Shown: piece after piece, positions 30,676 through 38,804 of the stretch
Layout of the letters: every line of letters starts with the position of its first letter
Position numbering within the stretch: the first letter of the stretch is position 1
NCBI GenBank assembly: GCA_030650395.1
Contig: JAUSDY010000063.1
Span: forward strand, 6,855 to 70,854
From: Acidobacteriota bacterium
GTDB lineage: Bacteria > Acidobacteriota > Vicinamibacteria > Vicinamibacterales > UBA2999
Direction of reading: 5' to 3'
DNA length: 64,000 nucleotides
Translations under genes and position numbers: made by a program
The notes under the pieces: model-generated
Databases searched by the model: none
Told to the model about the DNA's origin: nothing
What the model saw: only the letters and a program-made list of their open reading frames with translations

Positions 30676-31368
30676 ATGGTCTGGTACAAATCGTGGCTCG
30701 AAACCCGGTGGCGGTTCCTGATCGGCCTGGGAGTGCTGACGCTGCTCGCCTGCGGCGCCGTCTTCGGTTACCCGGCCGTGCAGGAGCTGATGCCCATCGC
30801 GGAGCAAGTGGAGGCGAAGGGTCCAATCGCACAGATTATCAAGGACGCGATTGAGGTGCAGCGCCAGTATCGCGGCTACGTCTGGTATCAATGGGTCCGG
30901 CAGAACCTAACGCAGACGTGGACGATCTTCGCGATCCTGCTCGGCAGCGGAGGGCTGCTGGCGCACGCGTCCGGAGGAGCGCCGCTCTTCACGCTCGCGC
31001 TGCCCGTTTCGCGTCAACAGGTGTTGTGGGTCCGGGCCGCAACAGGTCTCGCGGAGCTGTTGGTGCTCGCGATCGTCCCCTACCTGATCTTTCCTGTGTT
31101 GTCGCCGGCGATCGCTCAGCACTACAGCCTCCGCGATGTCGCTGTGCATGCCACGTGCATCTTCGTCGGCGGCTCGGTGTTCTTCAGCGTCGCGTTGTTT
31201 CTTTCGACGATGTTCAGTGATATCTGGCGGCCGTTGCTGATCACGTGCGCAGTGGCTGTGATGTTGATGCTGATCGAACGGATCCCCGGGGAGTTCTACG
31301 GCATCTTCGGGATCATGAGCGGCGATTCCTATTTCGCGGTGGCGCGGTGCCGTGGGCCGGTCTGCTGA
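30676..31368 (+). CDS. ABC-2-type permease, apparent frameshift near its 3' end
   Basis: MVWYKSWLETRWRFLIGLG... with about 6 hydrophobic segments; after ...GIMSGDSYF the plausible continuation (RGGAVPWAGLLTSATVSAGILYGAATNFARQDF*) is in another frame up to 31436. Confidence 0.65.
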   Translation: MVWYKSWLETRWRFLIGLGVLTLLACGAVFGYPAVQELMPIAEQVEAKGPIAQIIKDAIEVQRQYRGYVWYQWVRQNLTQTWTIFAILLGSGGLLAHASGGAPLFTLALPVSRQQVLWVRAATGLAELLVLAIVPYLIFPVLSPAIAQHYSLRDVAVHATCIFVGGSVFFSVALFLSTMFSDIWRPLLITCAVAVMLMLIERIPGEFYGIFGIMSGDSYFAVARCRGPVC

Positions 31369-31451
31369 CGAGTGCCACGGTGTCGGCGGGGATTTTATAC
31401 GGCGCCGCCACTAATTTCGCCCGGCAGGATTTCTAACGCGCACAGGACAGC

Positions 31452-31475
31452 GTAGCGCGGAACTTTAGTTCCGCG
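31452..31475 (+). repeat. GTAG-hairpin micro-element A11
   Basis: GTAG CGCGGAAC TTTA GTTCCGCG; the complement of loop positions 31465-31467 is the ArsR stop TAA. Confidence 0.85.
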
Positions 31476-31854
31476 GTTTGCAGAAACTCGCGTCAGTCCT
31501 GTTGCCCTTCTCGACAAACCCCTTCAAGCGGCCGAGTGCCTCGTCCCACTGGCACGACATCTGCTCGAGAAAACGACGCGCTTCGTCCAGCCGGTCGGCC
31601 TCGACGTTCCAGATGCGCTCCCGTCCCAGCCTGGCGCTGCGGACGAGTCCGGCGGCGCCGAGAACCTGCAGATGCTTCGTAATGGCCTGCCGGGTCACTG
31701 CGGCCCCCGCGGCCAGCTGGGCGATCGAATGGGGGCCCGCCGAACCAAGACGCAGGACCAGCGCGAGCCGCGTTTCGTCGCCAAGGGCGGCGAAGAGGGG
31801 CGCGGCATGCGCGAAGCCGGCAGGCTTGACAGCCCGGCGCGGCTTGCGGCTCAA
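31465..31854 (-). CDS. ArsR/SmtB-family transcriptional regulator
   Basis: LFAALGDETRLALVLRL...HSIAQLAAGAAVTRQAITKHLQVLGAAGLV winged HTH; TTG start overlapping the upstream stop (cgTTGAgc); stop codon lies in a hairpin loop. Confidence 0.8.
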   Translation of the reverse strand: MSRKPRRAVKPAGFAHAAPLFAALGDETRLALVLRLGSAGPHSIAQLAAGAAVTRQAITKHLQVLGAAGLVRSARLGRERIWNVEADRLDEARRFLEQMSCQWDEALGRLKGFVEKGNRTDASFCKPRN

Positions 31855-32315
31855 CGGGCGCCCGCCCGACTGGTGACGTAACGATCGATGTTCTTGAGCT
31901 GCTCGGTCCATCCTCCCTCGTTCATGCGGAAGGCCGTGTCCCGGCGAGCGGCCGGAATCTGATCGAAACCCGACTCCACCACCGTGAGGCGTGTGCCCTC
32001 GGCGACTTCGTCCAGGCGGAACTCGACGAGCGTTGTGGGCTCGCTCGAGTAATCCACGCCAGGTTCGATGGCATAGGGATGCCAGCGGTACGCGAACACG
32101 CGCTCCGGCTCGACCCGTTCGATCTGCATCGTGAGCGTAAAGTGCTCGTAGCCGGGTGTCGTGATCGGGCCGGAGATCTGCGCGCCCGGAACGAACGCTC
32201 CCGTAACCTTGGCGCCGAACCAGGCTCCGAAATCCTCGGCAGTGGTAATCGCGCGCCAGACCTGCGATCGGGGCGCGCGGATCACCGTGGTTTTCTGGAT
32301 GCGGTCTGAGCTCAT
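31851..32315 (-). CDS. SRPBCC (Aha1-domain) protein
   Basis: MSSDRIQKTTVIRAPRSQVWRAIT...FGAWFG pattern; ATG at 32315 preferred over the TTG at 32321. Confidence 0.8.
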   Translation of the reverse strand: MSSDRIQKTTVIRAPRSQVWRAITTAEDFGAWFGAKVTGAFVPGAQISGPITTPGYEHFTLTMQIERVEPERVFAYRWHPYAIEPGVDYSSEPTTLVEFRLDEVAEGTRLTVVESGFDQIPAARRDTAFRMNEGGWTEQLKNIDRYVTSRAGAR

Positions 32316-32316
32316 A

Positions 32317-32334
32317 TGCAACCTCTTGGTTGCA
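32317..32334. promoter_or_regulatory. Operator-like palindrome TGCAACC-tctt-GGTTGCA
   Basis: Perfect 7-4-7 palindrome abutting the SRPBCC start codon. Confidence 0.55.
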
Positions 32335-32358
32335 CTTTACCGCCGCGCGACCGTCTAA

Positions 32359-32376
32359 TGCAACCATTTGGTTGCA
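32359..32376. promoter_or_regulatory. Operator-like palindrome TGCAACC-attt-GGTTGCA
   Basis: Second identical-arm palindrome 42 bp from the first, same intergenic region. Confidence 0.55.
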
Positions 32377-32384
32377 CGATAACT

Positions 32385-33716
32385 TCAGCGGATCCGCCAG
32401 CCGTTGACCGGCCCGCCGTGGAAGAACGCCGCCGGCGTCATCACGCCGTCTTTCTTGAACACCATCCCGTCCTTCATCACGAACTGGACGTTCTTCAACG
32501 CATTCAGGTCATCGAGCGGGTTGCCGGGAAGGGCGATGATGTCGGCAAAGAATCCCGCCTTGATCGGTCCCCGTGTAGTCTCCGTCTCGCTAAGCTTGTA
32601 GCCGTTGATCGTCATCGCGCGCAGCGTGTCGGCATTGGGGATCGCGGCATCGATCCACGTCTTGAGGAATTCCATGCACAACTCGCCGCGGGTCTTGCCG
32701 GGCACCCAGTAGTCGGCATCGGTGGAAAAGGTCAGCGGCACCTTGTTGGCAAACGCGTTCTTCAGGCCGGCGACCGTGCGCTCGTAGGCTTGCGCCGAAA
32801 CCGGATGGCCTTCGAGGCCCGGCGGCGTTTCGGTGCCGGCGCGGAAGATACCTTTCTGCGCCATCAGCTTGTGGAACTCGTCGGTGAGCGCGCCCGAGTG
32901 CGCGATCGACCAGATGCCGGCCTCAATCGCATTGCGGGCGCCGTTCTGCGTCTGGACGTGCCCTTCGACCTTCATCCCCGACTTGGCCGCCTCGCGGATC
33001 ACCAGCCGGATCTCATCCGCGGTGTACCCGTACGGCTTGCAATCGACGCAGATCTTGATCACCTTCGCCCCGAACAGGACGTTCTGGCGGATCGCCTTCA
33101 CGATCTCATCCGCCGTGTCGGCGTCGAGGTACTCCGGATAGACGATGTTGTGATCGGTGACCATTTCGGGCGTCGGAAAGAACTGCCCGCCCATGCCGCC
33201 GATGATGATGCCGGAGTTGATGATCGTCGGCCCGGGGATCCAGCCCTGCTCGATCGCCTGCCGCAGCGCGGTGTCGGCGTAGAGGGCGTTGTTGCCCATG
33301 TCGCGGACGATCGTGAATCCGGACGCCAGCATCTGGATGCCGTTCGACGCCGCCTGGATGGCGCGCAGCGCCGTCGATTCCTGCACGTAGGTGTAGTAGT
33401 AAACGTTGTTCTCGGGCACCGGCTTGTAGGTGAGCGCGAGGTGGTTGTGCGCCTCGACGAGCCCGGGCATCACGGTCATCGCCGACAGGTCGATCACTTG
33501 CGCGCCCGGCGGAATCGCCAGGTTTGGTCCGACGTCGCGGATGCGCGTGCCCTCGACGAGGATGATCTGATTGGTGAGGATTCGTCCCGCTTCGGGATCG
33601 AGCAAGCGGCCGGCGCGAATGGCGGTGACGGGCGCGGGCGCCTGTGCACGGACGCCATCGCCGAAGAGTAAACAGGCACAAATAACCAATAACGAATTGC
33701 GAATAACCAAGTTCAT
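32385..33716 (-). CDS. Secreted amidohydrolase-family metallohydrolase
   Basis: Internal ATG 33716 gives signal peptide MNLVIRNSLLVICACLLFGDGVRAQA; MPGLVEAHNHL HxH motif. Confidence 0.85.
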   Translation of the reverse strand: MNLVIRNSLLVICACLLFGDGVRAQAPAPVTAIRAGRLLDPEAGRILTNQIILVEGTRIRDVGPNLAIPPGAQVIDLSAMTVMPGLVEAHNHLALTYKPVPENNVYYYTYVQESTALRAIQAASNGIQMLASGFTIVRDMGNNALYADTALRQAIEQGWIPGPTIINSGIIIGGMGGQFFPTPEMVTDHNIVYPEYLDADTADEIVKAIRQNVLFGAKVIKICVDCKPYGYTADEIRLVIREAAKSGMKVEGHVQTQNGARNAIEAGIWSIAHSGALTDEFHKLMAQKGIFRAGTETPPGLEGHPVSAQAYERTVAGLKNAFANKVPLTFSTDADYWVPGKTRGELCMEFLKTWIDAAIPNADTLRAMTINGYKLSETETTRGPIKAGFFADIIALPGNPLDDLNALKNVQFVMKDGMVFKKDGVMTPAAFFHGGPVNGWRIR

Positions 33717-33767
33717 CTCCCTTCCAGAGGTCGCCATTATGAGGCTTCATCAAGTATTGTGCGCGGT

Positions 33768-35546
33768 ATGAAGAACCTCAGCCTTCGGACAAACCTAAAG
33801 GTTTGTCCCCACATCGTGACGCTCGTCCTGATGGGGGGCGCCCTGCTGTCGGCGCGCCAACTGCAACCGCCGCCCCCGCCGGTAGCGGCACCGATGCCTG
33901 CGCTGCTGAAGAGCTACACGGCAGTCACGGCCGAACGGTTGAAGAGTCCAGCAGACGCGGACTGGCTGATGATTCGGCGCAGCTACGACGGGTGGGGCTA
34001 CAGCCCGCTCGATCAGATCACGCCGGCCAACATCTCCCGGCTGCAGCCGGCGTGGGTGTTTTCAACCGGCGTGAACAGCGGGCACGAGGCGCCGCCGATC
34101 GTCAACAACGGCGTGATGTTCGTCTCGACGCCGGGTCACCGCGTCACCGCCCTCGATGCCAGGACCGGTGTGATGCTGTGGCGCTACATCAAGGAAGTCG
34201 CCGATCCGATCGTCGCACCGCATCCCACGACGCGCGGCATCGCGCTCTACGGCGACAAGGTGTTCTTCGCCGCCAACGATGCGGTGCTGGTCGCGCTCGA
34301 CGCCAGGACCGGCACGCAGCTGTGGACCGCCACCGTCGCCGACAACAAGAGCGGCTACTACATGACGCTGGCGCCGCTCGTCGCCGACGGCAAGGTGATG
34401 GTCGGCGTGTCGGGAGGCGAGCTCGGGGTGCGCGGCTTCATCGCCGCCTACGATCCCGACAGCGGCAAGCAAGTGTGGAAGACCTACACCGTGCCCGCGC
34501 CCGGTGAGCCAGGCAGCGAGACGTGGCCGAACGGCAACCAGTGGAGAACCGGCGGCGCACCGGTGTGGGTCACCGGCAATTACGATCCGCAAACCAATCT
34601 CGCCTTCTGGGGCACCGGCAACGGTGGACCGTGGATGGGCGATCAGCGGCCCGGCGACAATCTCTATACCGCGTCGGTCGTCGCCGTCGATGCCGCCACC
34701 GGGCGCATCAAAGGCCACCATCAATATCATCCGAACGATTCGTGGGATTGGGACGAGGTCTCGCCGCCGATCCTGGTCGATTACCAGCGTAACGGCCGCA
34801 CCATCAAGGGCCTGATCGACGTCGCGCGTAACGGCTATCTGTGGTTCCTGGAGCGCACCGACGGCGCGATCAACTTCGTCGAAGGCACGCCGTTCGTCAG
34901 GCAGAACGTGTTCAGGAGCCTTGACCCGAAGACCGGACGGCCCGACGTGGATCCGGCGCGCAAGCCCGGCACCGGCAAGACCGCGGATTTCTGCCCGTCA
35001 CATTGGGGCGGCAAGAACTGGCCGCCGATTGCGTACAGCCCGAAGACGCGGCTGATCTACATCCCCGCCAACGAGAACCTGTGCGGCACGCTGGTCGGCC
35101 GTGACGTCGCGTACACGCCAGGCAGCGGCTATACCGGCGCGACGAGCACATTGGTCATCACCCCCGGCGCCGACCATATCGGCGAAGTGCAAGCGTGGAA
35201 CGTCGACACCGGCAAGCGAGTGTGGACGCACAATTATCCGAAGTCGGCGAACTGGGGACCGATGCTCGCCACCGGCGGCGGGCTCGCATTTACCGGCGGT
35301 ACCAACGATCGGATGTTTCACGCGTTCGACGCGTCGACCGGCAAGCTGTTGTGGGAGTTTCCAACCAACTCCGGCATCACCGGCCAGCCTTCGTCGTTCA
35401 TGGTCGACGGCAAGCAGTACATCGCCGTGATGTCGGGCTGGGGCGTCGACGCCAGGGCGGTGCAGCTCCGGCTCAACCGGTTGATGCCGGGTGATTACCC
35501 GGAGGTGCCCGAGGGCGGGGCGATCTGGGTCTTCGCGATCAAATAA
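33768..35546 (+). CDS. PQQ-dependent alcohol dehydrogenase (methanol/ethanol family)
   Basis: Eight-bladed quinoprotein pattern (repeated ALDARTG..LW / A.D..TGK..W motifs); NDSWDWDE active-site segment; signal-peptide region contains a hairpin element; ATG 33768 preferred to GTG 33759. Confidence 0.88.
   Translation: MKNLSLRTNLKVCPHIVTLVLMGGALLSARQLQPPPPPVAAPMPALLKSYTAVTAERLKSPADADWLMIRRSYDGWGYSPLDQITPANISRLQPAWVFSTGVNSGHEAPPIVNNGVMFVSTPGHRVTALDARTGVMLWRYIKEVADPIVAPHPTTRGIALYGDKVFFAANDAVLVALDARTGTQLWTATVADNKSGYYMTLAPLVADGKVMVGVSGGELGVRGFIAAYDPDSGKQVWKTYTVPAPGEPGSETWPNGNQWRTGGAPVWVTGNYDPQTNLAFWGTGNGGPWMGDQRPGDNLYTASVVAVDAATGRIKGHHQYHPNDSWDWDEVSPPILVDYQRNGRTIKGLIDVARNGYLWFLERTDGAINFVEGTPFVRQNVFRSLDPKTGRPDVDPARKPGTGKTADFCPSHWGGKNWPPIAYSPKTRLIYIPANENLCGTLVGRDVAYTPGSGYTGATSTLVITPGADHIGEVQAWNVDTGKRVWTHNYPKSANWGPMLATGGGLAFTGGTNDRMFHAFDASTGKLLWEFPTNSGITGQPSSFMVDGKQYIAVMSGWGVDARAVQLRLNRLMPGDYPEVPEGGAIWVFAIK
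33787..33812 (-). repeat. GTRG-hairpin micro-element A14 (GACAAACC subfamily)
   Basis: + strand GGACAAACC TAAA GGTTTGTCC CCAC; in frame in the n-region of the PQQ-ADH signal peptide (RTNLKVCPH). Confidence 0.85.
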
Positions 35547-35626
35547 CAGGAGGCCAGGAGGTCAGGAGAAAATATTTCTCCTGACCTCCTGAACTCCTGT
35601 TTGGTTTTCTTCTGGTCTCCTGTTAG
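35545..35626. terminator. D-type long hairpin D3 plus tail, between convergent genes
   Basis: 27-nt arms, 25/27 paired: AACAGGAGGCCAGGAGGTCAGGAGAAA ata TTTCTCCTGACCTCCTGAACTCCTGTT, then GGTTTTCTTCTGGTCTCCTGTTAG; both flanking stop codons lie in TAACAGGAG motifs. Confidence 0.7.
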
Positions 35627-36699
35627 GGTGCCTTGCCGACGACGCCCACACTGGCGATCGGGTCGCCCTTCGAGATCGACGGCACCGCCCGCACGTACAA
35701 CAACACGCCGCCCTCTTTCGCGCGCGCCTCGAAGATCGTCTTGCCGAAATAGTCGGTGACGTATCCGAGCTTCATGCCGGCGGCGACGTACGCGCCGCGC
35801 TTCACCAGGGGATAGAAGATCCCGCCCTGCTCGCTGGCGACATCGGCAAGGTGATCGATCCACACCGGATTCTCGACCGGCACGGCCGCACCCGGCAGCA
35901 TTTTCAGGTGACGCATCACGCTGAGGCTGCCGTTCACCATCAGCGCCACATCGTCCGCCTCCACCGTCCCGGCATGACCGGCCTCGACGATGATCGACGG
36001 TTTGCCGCGCGTGGTGGCAGTGTTCTCGAAATACACGGAGGCGGCGGGGTCGGAAGGGCGACCCGTCGAGATCACGATGTGATCGAGGCCAAACGCGAGC
36101 ACCATGCCGCGCGAAATGGCGTCCTGCGCGGCGCGGCCGGTCTTGTTCCAGTACGCATACGGCCGAAGGCTCTCGTCGATGTCGCCGCCATGGAAATCGA
36201 TGACGTGGTCGGCGGGCTCGACGACCTGCCTGGTGATCAGGTGTGAGGCGCGATCGGTTTGCGTGCCGTTGGCGCTGCCCGGGTACATACGGTTCATGTT
36301 CTTGCCGTCCACGGGATTGAGGTGCGGCACGATTCTCACGAACGATGGCACGTTGAGGAGCGGCACGATGATCACCGTGCCGGAGAGCTGGTTCGGGTCG
36401 ATGGCGGAGATCAGCTTCTCGAGGGCGATGATCGAGGCGTATTCGGTGCCGTGCGCGCCGGCCAGCAGTGCGAGTACCGGGCCGGCCTTGGCGCCGTGGG
36501 CCACCGCGACGGGAATCGACAGCGCCGCATCGCTGCCGGCGGGGACCTCGATGCCTCCGGTAGCCGTCTGACCACGTGACGCCTTCGCCGTCCCGACCGT
36601 GAACACGGCTTGATCGCCGGGCTTGGCTTGCCCTGAGGCGCGGACGCCCGCCCACGGGGACAAGGCCAACAGCAGGAGGCCGACAACGCGCGTCTTCAT
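35623..36699 (-). CDS. Succinylglutamate desuccinylase/aspartoacylase-family (M14-like) deacylase, secreted
   Basis: Signal peptide MKTRVVGLLLLALSPWAGVRASG; AGAHGTEYAS HxxE zinc motif. Confidence 0.8.
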   Translation of the reverse strand: MKTRVVGLLLLALSPWAGVRASGQAKPGDQAVFTVGTAKASRGQTATGGIEVPAGSDAALSIPVAVAHGAKAGPVLALLAGAHGTEYASIIALEKLISAIDPNQLSGTVIIVPLLNVPSFVRIVPHLNPVDGKNMNRMYPGSANGTQTDRASHLITRQVVEPADHVIDFHGGDIDESLRPYAYWNKTGRAAQDAISRGMVLAFGLDHIVISTGRPSDPAASVYFENTATTRGKPSIIVEAGHAGTVEADDVALMVNGSLSVMRHLKMLPGAAVPVENPVWIDHLADVASEQGGIFYPLVKRGAYVAAGMKLGYVTDYFGKTIFEARAKEGGVLLYVRAVPSISKGDPIASVGVVGKAP

Positions 36700-36763
36700 G
36701 ACGATGTCCTCTCTTCAAGGCTTGTTGTATCATGCGGCGCAATCCGACACAGGAGGGTGCTTG

Positions 36764-37759
36764 ATGCGCAAAGCGTTCTTTTTCACCGCGTGCCTTCTTT
36801 TCTTCGCGCCGGCCGCGGCGGTGGCCCAACCGCACACGATTGTCGCGCTCAGCCACAGCGACCACACCGCCTACGAAATCGACCCGGTCTCAGGGACGAT
36901 CCTGAACAAGTTCACCGCGGTGAATCAGCCGCACGAGGGCGTCGCGTCGGCGGACGGCAAGACCTTTTATGCCGCGATCCCGAACGGGCCCCACGTCGTG
37001 ATCCTGGATGCGGCGACGTTCAAGGAGAAAGGGAAGATCGAGTCGCCGTTTTTCGAGTCGTCACGAGAGAACGGATCCGCGTCTCCGCACGGCATCGCCC
37101 TCACGAACGACGGAGGCAAGCTGTATGTCGGGCTCGAGAACGCCGACATCCCCGGAATCGTCGTCTACGACACCAAGGCCAGCAAGGTCCTCCGCAAGAT
37201 CGACGTCGTCTTGCGCGGCGGCCATTTTCTGGCGATCCAGCCGAAGACCGACAAGCTCTATTACCCGATGCGGGAAGACAACCGCGTGCTGGTGATCGAC
37301 ACCAGGACCGACCAGATCGTGAAGATCATCGTGATCGAAGGCGGACCGGTCGGCGTCGGGTTCGCACCGAACGGTGAGGTCTGGATTCACAACGACCGTG
37401 ACGGCGCCGTGCACGTAATCGACGGCAAGAAGGACGAAGTCGTGAAGGTGATCAAGGGCCTGGGAACGGGCGCGGGCCGCATGGCCGTGTCGCCGGACGG
37501 CAAGTGGGCGGCGTCGACCCACGGGGGCTCCCAGGATGTGGCGATTATCGACGCGGTCACGAAAGAGGTTGCGGCGACGATCACCATCGGGCGCGGCCCG
37601 GGCTTCCCGGTGTTCTCTCCCGACGGGGCGAAGCTTTACGTCATGAATTCCGGCGCGGGCGACGTGTGCGTGATCGACCTGAAAGAGATGAAGGTCGCGG
37701 CACGGCACAAGGTTGGCGTGAATCCATTTGGCGGCGGTCTGCGCCTCACTGCCAAATAG
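36764..37759 (+). CDS. YVTN-type beta-propeller repeat protein, secreted
   Basis: AGGAGGG 7 nt upstream of ATG 36764; signal peptide MRKAFFFTACLLFFAPAAAVAQ; repeated DG(K)xLYV blades. Confidence 0.8.
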   Translation: MRKAFFFTACLLFFAPAAAVAQPHTIVALSHSDHTAYEIDPVSGTILNKFTAVNQPHEGVASADGKTFYAAIPNGPHVVILDAATFKEKGKIESPFFESSRENGSASPHGIALTNDGGKLYVGLENADIPGIVVYDTKASKVLRKIDVVLRGGHFLAIQPKTDKLYYPMREDNRVLVIDTRTDQIVKIIVIEGGPVGVGFAPNGEVWIHNDRDGAVHVIDGKKDEVVKVIKGLGTGAGRMAVSPDGKWAASTHGGSQDVAIIDAVTKEVAATITIGRGPGFPVFSPDGAKLYVMNSGAGDVCVIDLKEMKVAARHKVGVNPFGGGLRLTAK

Positions 37760-37868
37760 TCCTCACTGCCAGATCGATCGTGATGGAGGCCCGGTTGCGT
37801 TTGCGGGTATCACGTAAGATTCTCAGTCTCATCGCGGGCCGGTCGCTCCGCGAAGGATTCGGAAACGA

Positions 37869-38804
37869 ATGCTGCTGAAAACTGTTACCCGCACGCAAGG
37901 CAACAACCAGGCTCTCAAGGACGGAAGCGTCAAACCGAAGACCTTCGATTTCGACTTCGAGGAAATCCCCGTCCTCGTCGATGCGTTCCGGCGGATGGTC
38001 CGCGAGCGGGAGTTCGACATCTGTGAGATGGCGATTACCACCTACCTCTGCGCCAGGGAGCACGGCAAGCGTTTCACCGCCCTGCCCATCTTTCTGGTGC
38101 GGGCCTTCCACCACGGCGCCATCGTCTACAACGTGAAGGCGGGCATTGGCGTACCCAAAGATCTGGAAGGCCGGAAGGTCGGCGTGAACCGCGGCTACAC
38201 CGTGACGACAGGCTTGTGGGCGCGGAGCATCCTTCAGGATGAGCACGGAGTCGACCTGAGCAAGATCACCTGGGTGCTCTCGGGCGATGAACATGTCGCG
38301 GAGTACCGGCCTCCCGCCAACGTGGTGTCGATGGCGCAGGGAAAGACGCTCGCCAACATGGTGGCGACGGGGGAGCTGGCCGCCGCCATCGGCGTGGAGG
38401 TTGACCACGCCGACGTGATGCCGTTGATCCCCAATGGCGAGGACGCGGGCCTCGCTGCCCTGCGTCACCGCGGCCACTACCCGATCAATCACCTCATCGT
38501 GGTCAAGGACGACCGGCTCGAGAGCGCGCCCGATCTCGCACAGGATGTCTTCAACACCTTCACGGAGGCCAAGCGCCGCTATCTTCAGCGGCTCACGGCC
38601 GGTGCGATCGACGCGCCGACCGAGGTCGACCGAATGCACCAGCGGGTGATGGAGATCACAGGCGACCCGCTGCCGTACGGCATCGGGCCAAATCGCCGGG
38701 TCCTCGAGGACCTCATCGATCACGCGCGAACGCAGGGCATCATTACCCGGACGATCGCTCCGGAAGACATGTTCCCCGCCACGACGCACGGGTTGGTGGG
38801 GTGA
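37869..38804 (+). CDS. 4,5-dihydroxyphthalate decarboxylase-like (PhtD/OphC-type, periplasmic-binding-protein fold)
   Basis: ALKDGSVKP, FRRMVREREFDICEMAITTY, FTALPIFLVRAFHHGAIVYN match the PhtD pattern as I remember it. Confidence 0.7.
   Translation: MLLKTVTRTQGNNQALKDGSVKPKTFDFDFEEIPVLVDAFRRMVREREFDICEMAITTYLCAREHGKRFTALPIFLVRAFHHGAIVYNVKAGIGVPKDLEGRKVGVNRGYTVTTGLWARSILQDEHGVDLSKITWVLSGDEHVAEYRPPANVVSMAQGKTLANMVATGELAAAIGVEVDHADVMPLIPNGEDAGLAALRHRGHYPINHLIVVKDDRLESAPDLAQDVFNTFTEAKRRYLQRLTAGAIDAPTEVDRMHQRVMEITGDPLPYGIGPNRRVLEDLIDHARTQGIITRTIAPEDMFPATTHGLVG

Noticed and set aside
32316-33671. 451-aa + strand ORF, and similar long antisense ORFs (29637..30689, 37746..39152, 35495..36865, 23260..24384)
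   Set aside because: All are opposite to, or out of frame with, ORFs that carry recognisable catalytic motifs, and their composition is Arg-rich and low complexity.
33681-33710. Low-GC patch with AATAACCAA repeated 21 nt apart at the 5' end of the amidohydrolase gene
   Set aside because: It encodes a plausible signal-peptide n/h-region (MNLVIRNSLLVICACLL). Two 9-mers alone are not enough to call an inserted repeat.
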